A DNA stretch of 64,000 bases from Haliotis cracherodii (Eukaryota), in the NCBI RefSeq assembly GCF_022045235.1, contig NW_027266270.1, positions 34,224,001 through 34,288,000 of the forward strand. The letters are read 5' to 3'. The notes under the pieces were generated by a model that ran no database searches, was not told the origin of the DNA, and was given only the letters and a program-made list of their open reading frames with translations. The translations under genes were made by a program, and so were the position numbers. Within the stretch, counting starts at the first letter, position 1. The number at the start of each line of letters is the position of its first letter. Shown piece by piece: positions 1 to 11,522 of the stretch.

Positions 1-109
1 TCATAATAATTATATATTTTATAATTGCAATAGAGAATACTTCATGTGTCGTGTGAAATGTCATGTTTCTCTCCTCGAGTGACGGTGGAAAGGAAATAAT
101 AGCTTCTAA

Positions 110-600
110 TATCTTCTTTCCCCCGTCAAGAGATGAGAGAAACATGATATTTCACGAGGCAAATGGAATACCCTATTATCATATACTTTTATGTAGCTGT
201 CTACCTGAAAATGAATTATTGCATTACAAATGTAAAACCTTGAAACGTAAATGCTCCGTACCTAACACATAGCGACGTTTCATCACGCATTGTAATTGCG
301 ACTTACAAGGTAGTTCCATGTTTCCAGAACCTTTAAAAATATAAGCAAAAGTAACAAAAATAGTTTGGTCACGGAATTTTTTTATCATATATTTGGATTT
401 GATAAATAAATATACAAAATGAAACAAAACGTATACTTGAAATCTCCGATAGAGCTGTTGGAAGCGAAGTTCCGCCCGAGTGTTATGTTCTCTGGAGTGA
501 TATATCAACCGTTATTTTTACTACCATGAACATATTCCTTTTCTAAACTTCGGAAAACCCAGTCTTTCACAAGTATACAATAAATCGTATAATTGTATTG
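110..600. repeat. Dispersed repeat (probable old DNA-transposon derivative); inverted relative at ~12710-13400
   Basis: Blocks such as TGTAG.TGTCTACC.GAAAAT, GCTGTTGGAAGCGAA and AGTGTTATGTTC.CTG.AGTGA match in reverse complement. Confidence 0.65.
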
Positions 601-1983
601 AATCATAACAAGTCATATTTATCATATAATTTATTTCAGATCAAGAGAATTGCCGTGACGATGTCAACATCCATATAACGTTGAAACACAGACTTCTTTG
701 TACGCCAATTCCATTGCAGATGTATTTCTATCTGCTTCTCCGCTATATATCAGTCTATCAGTTTATGATTACCTTAATTAAACAATATATCAAATTTACG
801 TAAATCAATAATTACGACCAAGCCTGGTCATGGGCCTTTGAGTACACCATAGCTCACCCTCGCTTAGCGTCCAAAACATCAATGCCAGACACATCGATAT
901 AAATGGTGCCATTCATTTTTATATATAATTATTTTCATCTACGTGTTATTTAAGTGCTGATCATAAATGAGTATTCATTATAATAACGACGTACATATCC
1001 TGGTCCATGTGATCATACATTTAAAGTAATAACACATAGTCTCCAGATATAGCTCTAATATTGCAGCTTGCTTGGCTATAGAAAGAAGCTTGTATGCATG
1101 TACATATTTTGGATTTCATTTGGAAACCGACTTCACTGGTGTGTACCTATGATAATTCATTTGTTATGATTTGTTTTTGTATTGTACTGATTAAAAATGA
1201 TGAAATAAGAAAGTGCAAAAGTACACAAAAAGATCTCATATATTCTTTTGTGGCGTAGCCATGAGGGAAAATGTATTTTTCAGACATGAGATTGGATGAA
1301 GATATTACTTGACCAAAAATACAATTTTCTATTTGTCATGTGTTTTCTTATTTTAGTCTAACAAACCATAACGTCACTAAAATAAGGAGAGTGAAATTAA
1401 AAACCATCGTGTCATGTCACTCAAGTATATTCCTGATATATAAACATTGAACTTAAAAGCAGAAACGCAAGTGAAAACAATTCAAACATGAGACGTGTTA
1501 CACTTGTGTCATAGTTTCAAATCGCACCATTCTCGGGGCTTTCAATGAGTGCCAAATTTTCATTACGATGTTATAATTTATTCTTACTGACTGAAAATGA
1601 TTTGTTTTGTTAATTTTAATTTAAGCATTACTGGTTTTCGCCATGTTCAACATGGAACCACAGAGTGACTTGACTTTCTATGACATTCGTGGTGAATGTC
1701 AAGTTTGTTCAAACCCCCTTTACAAGAAATCAAGTCAAAGTGGTATAGATATTTTTGACGTGTAGTTCCTTGAAAGTGTTGACTATCTCGGTCACTCACA
1801 TGAGAAGACTTTCTGATTCGGGTAACGTCACAGTGAACATACTTTTCGCCTATATGGGGCGACCGGTCAATAATTCACTCAGGTAAACCTGTGGCTGATG
1901 GCCTTGTCTACGTCCCACGTCATTGTCACGACAACACAATCTGCCAAGTCAAGATATTGCATGTCCATTAGGCGTCTCATGAT

Positions 1984-2522
1984 CAAAGCAATCTCCGAGC
2001 TAAGATTAGTTTAGCCTATGTTAAAGTATGGGTATTACGATTGTATTAGAGCTAAGATTAGTTTAGCCAATGTTAAAGTATGGGTATTACGATTGTATTA
2101 GAGCTAAGATTAGTTTAGCCAATGTTAAAGTATGGGTATTACGATTGTATTAGAGCTAAGATTAGTTTAAGCAATATTACAGTATGGGAGTAACGAATGT
2201 ATTAGCGCTAAGCCAAATTGAATGTTACAGTATGGGAGTAACGAATGTATTAGCGCTAAGAAATGTTTAGCCAATGTTACAGTATGAGTATTATGATTGT
2301 ATTAGAGCTAAGATTAGTTTAAGCAATGATACAGTATGGGAGTAACGAATGTATTAGCGCTAAGCTAAATTGAATGTTACAGTATGGGAGTTACGATTGT
2401 ATTAGCGCTAAGCCAAATTGAATGTTACAGTATGAGAGTTATGATTATACCTGCGCTGAGATTAGTTTAACCAATATCACAATATGGGAATTACGATTGT
2501 ATTAGCGCTAAGATTGCTTTGA
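1984..2522. repeat. ~52-bp minisatellite (~10 units) expanded inside a palindromic MITE
   Basis: GAGCTAAG recurs at 1997, 2049, 2101 and 2153; the array is bounded by inverted CAAAGCAATCT / AGATTGCTTTG; the unit matches the interior of the 44150-44782 MITEs. Confidence 0.85.
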
Positions 2523-3362
2523 GCAAGTATCAACTGGTCCCCATTTTTGTTCTTACGACAAGCCTGGGGTACTGGGAATGTTTGAGATTGGAGGACAAGA
2601 GTTAAAAACGTTTTAAACACATTTTAATTCACATCCATCAATGTCATACACTGAATATGATATCCCCAATGTCTCAACATTTCGTTGCGTCGAAACAACG
2701 TTTGATTGCGGGGAAAGTCCAGATAAACATCAGATATGGAAATGGAGCATTTCGAAGTTTAACTGAGCCAGCCCGTGCTAGTGTAGGTCTTTACACACTG
2801 AGCAAAGTCAACGATTCACATTCACACAAACTCCCGCAACTGATGTGCTGAAGCAATCAAGGACGTTTTGATCAGCTCTGTTGTGCACACTGTAACGATA
2901 CTGATCTTAGAATGTTTAGTTTCGCGAGTCGATAAATTAAGTCACATGCTTTTACAACTGTCTAAAATGCACAGATATGCAAACTAAACTGTTTTGGGTT
3001 TTTTTCTGAAAAAAATGCCAACAGTTCTGGAGAAGTCGATAGCACCATCCAACAGCAGGGGCGGTCATACCTCGCTGAGGAAACGTGATGTTTAGTAAAA
3101 CAGATATTTCAAACATTTTCTCATTTGGCTCAATAGACAATGAATGTATGCGGGATCATGGTACACGTGTGGAAAGGAACACCAGAAATATTAAGCTCAG
3201 TTAAACAGGAAGGTCAAGAGAAATCAACCATTTGAACGGTACCTCCGGACTAAATGTGTCTGATTATTTACGTTCTCTGAATAAAAATAAGATTCCACAT
3301 CAAGGCCAATTTCGTCCCTTTAAGGTATTCTGGGCACAGTGAGACATGTACTGGTAGCATTA

Positions 3363-4538
3363 CTAAAAGTACAATTGTCTCTCCATAGCAAATGCTTCTC
3401 CGTCGTTTTGAAGACCTTCAAACTTAGCAATCTCACCATCTCTCTTGCACTTGACAAACCAGGTGACAAGTTCCTGTCCAAGGGCACTCACCAGCCCGGC
3501 ATCCTCTTCCAACTCCTCTAGAGCTTCAGACAGAGAGTTGGGAAGAGTCTCGGAGCTCCCTGTTATACCCGGGGGTGGGCATTCCATTTTGTTGATGACT
3601 CCATCCAGACCTGCTGCGATGATGGATGCCATCACTAGGTACGGATTGATCTTTCCGCTTGGAGGTCTGTATTCCATGTATGTTTTGAAAGGACCTTCAT
3701 TTTTTATTCGGAGGCATCCATCTCGGTCTTCTATTCCCCAGGAAATAGCTGAAGAGCACATTTCTACCCCGATCCTTCTGAAGCAGTTGATGGTAGGGTT
3801 AGCGAAAGCGGTGAGAGCTTTACCGTGCTTAAGGATACCTGCAATCCACTGTTTTGCAGTGGCTGAAAGGTTGTCTGGAGAACTGGCATCGTAAAACATA
3901 TTTTCTCCTGTTTCGCTCCACAGCGAAAAGTTAAAGTGACTAGTGTTAGTGGTTTGTGAGTCTGTCATGAAAGACACAACGAGATCCTTCTGATTGGCCG
4001 TTTCAATAAGTCCTTCTTTCAAGTTCAAGGTCATATCCGGACATTCGATGCCATATTTTGGTTTCATTACTATTTCAAATTGCCCTGGGCCTAATTCACA
4101 GTGAAATCTCTCAATATCGATCTTTGACTCAAAACAGTTCCTATCGAACTCAAAGAAGTAATTGCTATGTTTAGCAAATTCGGACTGGCGGTACAACTCG
4201 TTGAACTCGTTCACTGATTTCAACGACCTCTTCTCCAATAATGTAAACTCTATTTCAAATCCAGAATACAGTTTGAGACCCAATTCGCCTAATCGTTGTA
4301 GCTGTTGGCGAGCCACATAGCGGGGACAAGCTTCTTGGGGTGCATTGTCTGTCTTCCATCGTGACTCGCATAACATTTCAGCGACTTTGACGCCGTTTTC
4401 AGCCCAGGGAACAGGCCTCAGTGTGTTCAAGTCGGGGATTATCCTTATGCTGCCATAGTTGTAATCTTTCGGATGCTTCACCGTGACTATATCGGAGGTA
4501 GGACTCACCAGCAAGACGTCTACGAAGGGAATTATATT

Positions 4539-4582
<44 letters not shown>

Positions 4583-7500
4583 CAACAACAACGTCGGCTA
4601 ACTTCGTTGATTCATGTCCCAAGACTCAAGCTTGTTTGTGTGTTTACATCACACGAAGCAATATTCCATCTATATAGAGGCGGTCTGTAAATAATCGAGT
4701 CTGGACTAGACAATCTAGTGATTGACACCTTTCGAATCCCGTTAATTGCCTCGTACGACAAGCATGGGTTGCTAAAGGTAAATACTAACCCGGATATTCA
4801 TGTGTCCAGATGCAAGTATTTACAGACAAAAGTTAATTTGAGACAGTTTGAAAGTTATACCATGAGTATATATAAATGAAAATGAAACTGTTCTTTTCAA
4901 CACTCGCATGAGACCCGTGAAGATCCGGGGTAGAATAGGTCTTCAGCAACCCATGCTTGCCGTAAAAGGCGACTATGCTTGTCGTAAGAGGCGACTAACG
5001 GGATCGGGTGGTCAGGCTCGCTGACTTGGTTGATGCATGTCATCGATCCCACTTGCGTGGATCGATGTTCATGATATTAATCACTGGATTGTCTGGTCCA
5101 GACTCAATTATTTACAGACCGCCGTCATATAGCTGGAATATTGCTGAATGCGGCGTTAAACAACATACAAACAACACTCGCATGATTTGGATTTCACATG
5201 CCTACAGAGGCTAATTTTACAAAATATTTCCAATATTTGAGGAAGAGAAATCATTGACCGGGGTTGAATGTTATGAAAACATGACACATCTATGGTAAAA
5301 TGTAGTACTCATAATGAGATTATCTATTCAAATCAATTTTACTAATTTAAGCCATTCCTTTAATTAGAAGGGGCAGTGGGATAGCCTAGTGGTTAAAGCG
5401 TTCGCTCGTCACGGCGAAGAAGCGGCTTTGATTCCTCACATGGGTACAATGTGTGAAGCCCATTTTAGGTGTCCCTCGCCGTGATATTGCTGGAATATTG
5501 CTAAAAGAGGCGTAAAAACAAACTTACTCACTCACACTCTGATTAGATACTAAGTCCAAAATGTAAGATAAAAGACAGCCAAATGAAGAATGTAAGATCT
5601 TTTTTCCACCTTATTTCAAAATTTTATGTATCTTAATAAATGTGACATATTCTTTGGACCCAAATAGTTCCTCATCATACCTTGGATTTTTGTTTGATGA
5701 AGTCCTTTTCATGAATTACCCCTTTAACATTGCAAAATTCCGTCTTCTGTTAATAATAAACGATTTTTAGCAAGAAACAATTCAACTGTCTATTCCGTGT
5801 GGTCGTTCGACAGAAAATTGCTAATATTTTTTTTGTAAAAGGTCAAAAACAAGTGTAGGTCATCTGTCAGCTTTATCAGCCAGGTATATTCAGTGGAGAA
5901 TTTTTTTACAAGAGTAGAGAATACATTTTGGAAGAATTTCATAGCAAAGGTCAAATGAAGGTCAAAATGTACCACCCATCAACATACTACCCTGACACCA
6001 ACTAACATCTTTTTCTTCACGAATATGGGGCGGTTAGGTAGTGGTTAAAGCATTCGCTCGTCACGCCGAAGACCCTTGTTCGATTCCCCACATGGATGCA
6101 ATGTGTGAAGCATATTTCTGGTGTTCCCCGCCGTGACATTGCTGGAATATTGCTAAAAGCGGCGTAAAAACATGCTCACTAAAACACTCAATCTTCACGA
6201 ATATAGACCAGTAATTGCTGAAAACGCGTTTTTTTTAATTGGGTTGTCGTGTGGATTGTTCCCGATCATCGTGTTTTGCCGTATTTACGCTTACATTGAA
6301 CTCCGTGAGGAGTTCTGGTTCGAATTGGTCCGAGCAACCTAAGCTGGGCGTATTCATCTATAAAATTTTCAAAATGCCTTATGTGGCGGCCATTTAAAGA
6401 CGAGAACACATTCCGTGAGTCTGGAACCGTGTTCAAACTTCTGGGATACAAGAGGATTGGGGTGTGTGTGAGCTGATGTCAAAGGCCACGTCTCCTTCAC
6501 ATGAGCGTGTAGGCGGAACGTGTCTCATCACACGTCCACATCCTCAATGACTTGCGCTTGGATACGTTACTAATGACAACTTAAAGATCAAGTTTAACAG
6601 GGCCGGATGGGTAGCCTAGTAGTTAAAGCGTTCGCTCGTCACGCCGAAGACCCGAGTTCGATTCCCCACATGGGTACAATGTGTATTGTCCATTTCTGGT
6701 GTCCCCCGCCGTGATATTGCTGGAATTTTGATAAAAGCGGCATAAAACAATACTCACTCAAGTTTAGCAATAGCATTTGGGGGGCTAACGGTTGGCTTTA
6801 ATGGGTGTGGAGGTGAAGACCACAACGTCATAGCTGTTTCCCAAAATAGAAAAAAAGCAAAATAGCGTGGCATGTGTCTCATCACATATTTAATTCATTT
6901 TCATTGCATGTAAATTCCCATCTCGACACCTGATAGTATGGCGAAATAACAGGTTACTTCAAAGCTAAATATCAGAATTCCGGAGGCAATTTCAAGCTCC
7001 ATTAATCGTTCAAATTTATAATCCATGTAGTAAGGAGTAAAACTGGAAGTGCATATCGAGCAGCCGGACACTATACCTTATCATCTTGTCCTGCCTAAAG
7101 AGTTTGTTCGTTTGTTTGTTTGTTGCTTAACGCCGCACTACACGACATATATTGCCACATCTCCTTTGAATATTGTAGTTACCATAACAAAGCATATTGT
7201 TTTTTGGTTTGGTTTGTTGTTTAACGCCGCACTTAGCAATATTCCAGCTATATGACGGCGGTATGTAAATAATCGAGTCTTGACCATACAATACAGTGAT
7301 TGACAACATGAACATCGATCCACGCAATTGGGATACGAAGACATGCATCAACCAAGTCAGGAGCCTGACCACCCGATCCCGTTAGTCGCCTCTTACGACA
7401 AGCATGGGTTGCCGAAGACCTATTCTATGAAGTATATAATTCAAAATGTCTGACATGAGAAGGAGAAACACAACAGCCACGTGCATTGCCACAACACACA

Positions 7501-8391
7501 ACTATGAGAGTGTTTCATGGCTTGACTAAGCTGTCGTTTTCTCACAACAAAACAATCTCCAAAAGTATTCATGATCCCTGTTTATTGTTCAGTATATATA
7601 TACTATCAATAGTTAGTTAATTATTCATTAAAATGCTTTTATTCATGATTTAGTCGACAAATAAAACTAACTAGCTGTAACTTTAACTAGTGCCGCAACC
7701 CAGGGGTTCAGAGGTCATGGGCAAAATTTTGGTTAACCGAAGTTGGACAAAAATAAGTAAACTGGCTAAGTTTGGTAATCTTGCCTTACTTTACAGTACT
7801 AGCTTCTGATTTGTTAAGATGGGAGCAGTTATTTTCCATGTAACTCACTCAGAAATCAGTCGGAACACATTAAGGTAACGTACTTATCTCGCATATGTGT
7901 ATAGTTGGTTTTCTCAAATGAACCGATGTTTATGCGATTGCATTGGGTAAAAGGGAGTAACTCGGTTCATTTGCGACGTCTGCTACGTGTTTTGCTAACT
8001 CATTGAAACTGCTGACATATATTCCGTGCGTGTGTGAGTGAAAATCATTAAGATATATATGTTGTCAATCCATCCCTCGGGTCATATGGTGTGATGTACC
8101 CTGCGTGTGAGGCTCACACAGAGGGTACATCACACCATATACCCCTCGCGATCGCTTGATAACTCATATCATATCTCGATCAAGCGGGTTAGGTTATTTC
8201 AACACGTACATCTAACTGCGAAAAAAAGCGATTGACCTACCCTGAAATAAATCAAGCCCTTCTTCCAAATATTGCGCAGCGTGTCGACTGGATACTGTTT
8301 GACCACGATGCAAACCGTTCAGGTCGCACAGGGATAAACGGACGTAGTCAAATTTCGCAAACATTTTCTTGACCTCTTCTAGGTTGAACAT
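3363..8391 (-). CDS. Glutamine synthetase type I-like / lengsin-like protein, ~435 aa; coding exons 8241-8391 and 3363-4519
   Basis: Exon 8391-8241 reads MFNLEEVKKMFAKFDYVRLSLCDLNGLHRGQTVSSRHAAQYLEEGLDLFQ (GS N-terminal beta-grasp motif) and ends at a CAGG|gtaggt donor. The acceptor ttcgtag|AC at 4519 joins in phase 1 to the long ORF carrying GFEIEF, HCELGPGQFEI, SHFNFSLW, NPTINCFRR, SWGIEDR and MEYRPPSGKINPYL. An acceptor (ttgtag) 9 nt before the ATG implies a further non-coding 5' exon. Confidence 0.9.
4541..4592. repeat. (AAT)n(AAC)n microsatellite next to the GS-like splice acceptor
   Basis: Direct reading. Confidence 0.9.
4912..5171 (+). mobile_element. Full-length non-tRNA retroposon (SINE-like) with structured 5' head and LINE-type tail
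   Basis: A 14-bp TSD CAACACTCGCATGA (4898-4911 and 5172-5185) brackets GACCCGTGAAGATCC...GCGGCGTTAAACAAC. Other copies or fragments: ~4630-4805(-), 7200-7428(-), 13405-13613(-), 16090-16250(+), 34715-34865(+), 37005-37230(+), 38465-38585(+), 41070-41160(-), 45485-45850(-), 49790-50005(-), 52050-52240(-), 53845-53990(-), 56690-56760(-), 57115-57340(-), 62150-62540(-), 63810-64000(-). Confidence 0.85.
5370..5537 (+). mobile_element. tRNA(Asp-like)-derived SINE
   Basis: Same head, body and tail as 22676-22855. Confidence 0.8.
6027..6190 (+). mobile_element. tRNA(Asp-like)-derived SINE
   Basis: Same family; flanked by a TCTTCACGAATAT direct repeat (TSD-like). Confidence 0.8.
6599..6760 (+). mobile_element. 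tRNA(Asp-like)-derived SINE
   Basis: Same family; TCAAGTTTA direct repeats flank it. Confidence 0.8.
7200..7428 (-). mobile_element. Copy of the structured-head retroposon, 5' end slightly truncated
   Basis: Reverse complement matches the 4912-5171 element from its tail to TAGAATAGGTCTTC. Confidence 0.8.
8057..8169. other. Short fold-back element with a near-perfect 57-nt hairpin
   Basis: ATATGGTGTGATGTACCCT (8084-8102) pairs perfectly with 8122-8140; inner GTGTGAG / CTCACAC also pair. Confidence 0.7.
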
Positions 8392-8479
8392 TGTTCGGAG
8401 CTACAAGTGTAGCCTTGGTCGATGTCTCTTTCTATGAATATTCATGACTTTGACTGCATGAAATTACATACACTTTTAT

Positions 8480-10357
8480 TAGTCAAGTCAAGTCAAGTCA
8501 TTTATTCCGTATAAATGGCCATGAGACCAACAGTACAACATGTGTAAAATATGGGACAATATAATGATACGGCGCCAGTAACATAATTTCTTTCACAATA
8601 CATTCATATTATTTCTTATTTTAAAGACTTTATCAAGGAAAATACAGAGCTTTAGGAACTTATCATAACCAACCATGTTCAACAAGTTGATAAATTTGTA
8701 CATATTTGGTTGATAATAATAATAATAATAATAAGTTGAAGTTATTAAACACGTAAATGGTTATAAGCCGGACATACCAACACGACATGGAGTTCATCTT
8801 CAACTTGTGCGTTACAATAATGACAAGATGTATCTGGTGTTTGGTGCTTTCTATAAGAATTTACACTGAAACCATGAATATTACAACGTAGCTTTGTCAG
8901 GCATCTCCGTAAACCTGCATTATTGATAAATACGTATTTCTCGGGATTGTAGTCCTGTTTAATCATTGAGTAGAATTTTAAGTATCTTGATATGGATATT
9001 TCATGGCTCCACTCTTGGAAATATACATCTTTACATCGTTGCTGAAATAATTCTAAGAAGTAGTTTCTGTTATCAATTGACTGGGCTACCCACACATAAC
9101 CAAAACCATATTTGCAAAGCAGTTTCCGTACTTTCGAGACCCAGTTTTCATCACCCGATTCGTCTAATCTTTTTAACATTTCATAACACTTCTTGGTGTA
9201 TCCTAGTGTTGGTTGACGGAAAAGCCTGATCCAAAATGCAAGTTATCTGACATTTGCAAATAAACATAGCGGATAACGCCCGCACTCAGCTAAAACAGCT
9301 TTGTTTGGGGATCTGGAGCCAATTTGTAAAACATTTTTACAAAAGTTTGTGTGGACTTTTTCAATAGATTTTCGGAGCTTCCAACCCCACAGTTCTGCGC
9401 CACATAACAAAATTGGCTTAAGTTTACCGTCAAATAGTTTGAAGGCAGCATTAACCGGTAGATTTTTAAATCTGTACATAAAGCGTTTGATTGGGAATAC
9501 TGCTTTTTCAGCCTGCTGGGATAATGTCTCACACGCTTTCGTAAACATGTTCCTGCAAGAGAAGACAATTCCTAGATATTTATAATATGACGTTACTTCT
9601 ATTTTTTCCCCATTTATAAACCATTCCTCATATCTATATAAGGTCCCACCTTTTTTTAAAACTACGATTTTCGTTTTCTTAGAATTTATTTTTAATCCCC
9701 ATTTCTCACAGTAGGTGCTTAAAATATCTATTTTCTTTTGAAGATTTAAAACAGTATCTACAAATATTGCTACATCATCTGTGAAAAGCAGTATAGACAA
9801 TGCTTTAAGAGATACATCAATAAATATGCCACTGGTATCGGATGTTAATATATCATTTACAAGTTCATCAATGTACATTATAAAAAGTCCCGGTGACAAT
9901 ATGCACCCCTGTCGCACTCCACATGCTGTATTAAATACATCAGTCATGGTTTGCTTATTTTACCTTACAGATGCTTTTACATTCTGATATATGCCATTTA
10001 GCAAATTATACACTTTTCCATGGATACTTCTTTGTAATAACAAATACATCAATTTATTCCTATCAACAGAGTCAAATGCTTTACGGAAGTCAACAAATAT
10101 GCAGTAAAATTTACCCCTCTTCTTTCTTATATACTTATGAATTACTGAATGTAAGATAAAGGCTTGATCACTGGTGGTAAAACCTTCCCTAAAGCCCGCC
10201 TGCGCTTCAGAAATAAGATCTTGTTTATCTATCCAGAACTTAATTCTATCATTTATGATAGTTAAAAACACTTTACTGATAACGTCAAGTATTGCTATTC
10301 CTCTGTAGTTTCCTGGGTCAGTTTTAGCTCCTGCCTTATAAAGAGGTACTATTAACC
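8480..10357 (-). mobile_element. 5'-truncated non-LTR retrotransposon (LINE, RTE-X/L2-group-like) RT remnant
   Basis: Fragments PGNYRGIAIL, QAGFR, DFRKAFDSV, GVRQGCILSP, LLFTDD, YKYLG, and a C-terminal CxxC...EDELH...CPAY, with frameshifts and stops. The 3' end has AATAAA followed by a (TGACT)n tail at 8480-8499. Confidence 0.85.
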
Positions 10358-10399
10358 CTATACTTTTATTATTGGTGCTTCATGTCCAATTTCCAATAA

Positions 10400-10926
10400 A
10401 CACAACATTGGTGATCTGTATGTAGAGTAAACTACGGTTATAACGAACACAACATTGGTGATCTGTATATACAGTAAAAGTACGGTTATAACGAACACAA
10501 CATTGGTGATCTGTATATACAGTAAAACTATGGTTATAACGAACACAACATTGTTGATCTGTTTATACAGTAAAACTACGGTTATAACGAACACAACATC
10601 GGTGATCTGTATATACAGTAAAACTATGGTTATAACGAACACAACATTGGTGATCTGTTTATACAGTAAAACTACGGTTATAACGAACACAACATTGGTG
10701 ATCTGTTTATACAGTAAACTACGGTTATAACGAACACAACATTGGTGATCTGTATATACAGTAAAACTACGGTTATAACGAACACAACACTGGTGATCTG
10801 TATATACAGTAAAAGTACGGTTATAACAAACACAACATTGTTGATCTGTATATACAGTAAAACTACGGTTATAACGAACACAACATTGGTGATCTGTATA
10901 TACAGTTAACTACGGTTAAAACGAAC
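10400..10926. repeat. 48-bp minisatellite (~11 units)
   Basis: TTATAACGAAC recurs at 10438, 10486, 10534 and onward; the last unit runs into a MITE end. Confidence 0.9.
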
Positions 10927-11522
10927 CCAAAGGGACCACTAATTAATATTCGTTATATACGTTGTTCGTTATAAGCACATATACAGCATGTATACAGCAA
11001 ATGTGAGTGTGTGTGTGTGTCAGTTTGTATAATAGTGTTCATTATAAACGGTGAAGTGAAATGGGGTTATAGGTGGCTGTCCTGATTATTGCACTTGTAT
11101 TGTGATGTGCTGACCCCTATGTGTGTGTGTGGCTGCTTGACCTTCTCTTCTATAAGAAATAATTACGTTTAAAAAAATGTACCAGCACATCTTTATAACG
11201 TGATATGACTTTAATTAGTAAACCTTCCTTCGTGTTCAGTAAAGCAGCTAGGAATTCTTCATTGTATATCTACTACTGGTTGTTCCAAGTCTTTGATACG
11301 CATTTAAAACATACAGATATTAAACTTTTGTAGTTATTATCCATTATACGTCTCATGGCTGATGGGTCCTTGTGTTAATTTAAGGGGGCGAATGTTATGT
11401 TATGCCGTAGCCAGCAATATGACAACTACGCAATGACGACCAGGAACAAGCAAATCAGTGACTCAAAGCAAGTGCAATGGTTCACTCCGTCGTGGCAGAA
11501 GTTGGCCCTTTATTGGGTTTAC

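Noticed and set aside
4520-4622. Hydrophobic poly-Val/Ile N-terminus on the GS-like ORF, resembling a signal anchor
   Set aside because: It is translated intronic (AAT)n/(AAC)n microsatellite upstream of the acceptor at 4519; the real N-terminus is exon 8241-8391.
6266-6451. Possible extra GS-like exon (donor-like CAAT|gtaagc)
   Set aside because: No GS similarity, and the two identified exons already join in phase into a complete protein.
10358-10881. Repetitive hydrophobic ORFs (VVFVITVVLLYIQITN)n
   Set aside because: A by-product of a 48-bp repeat whose length is a multiple of three.
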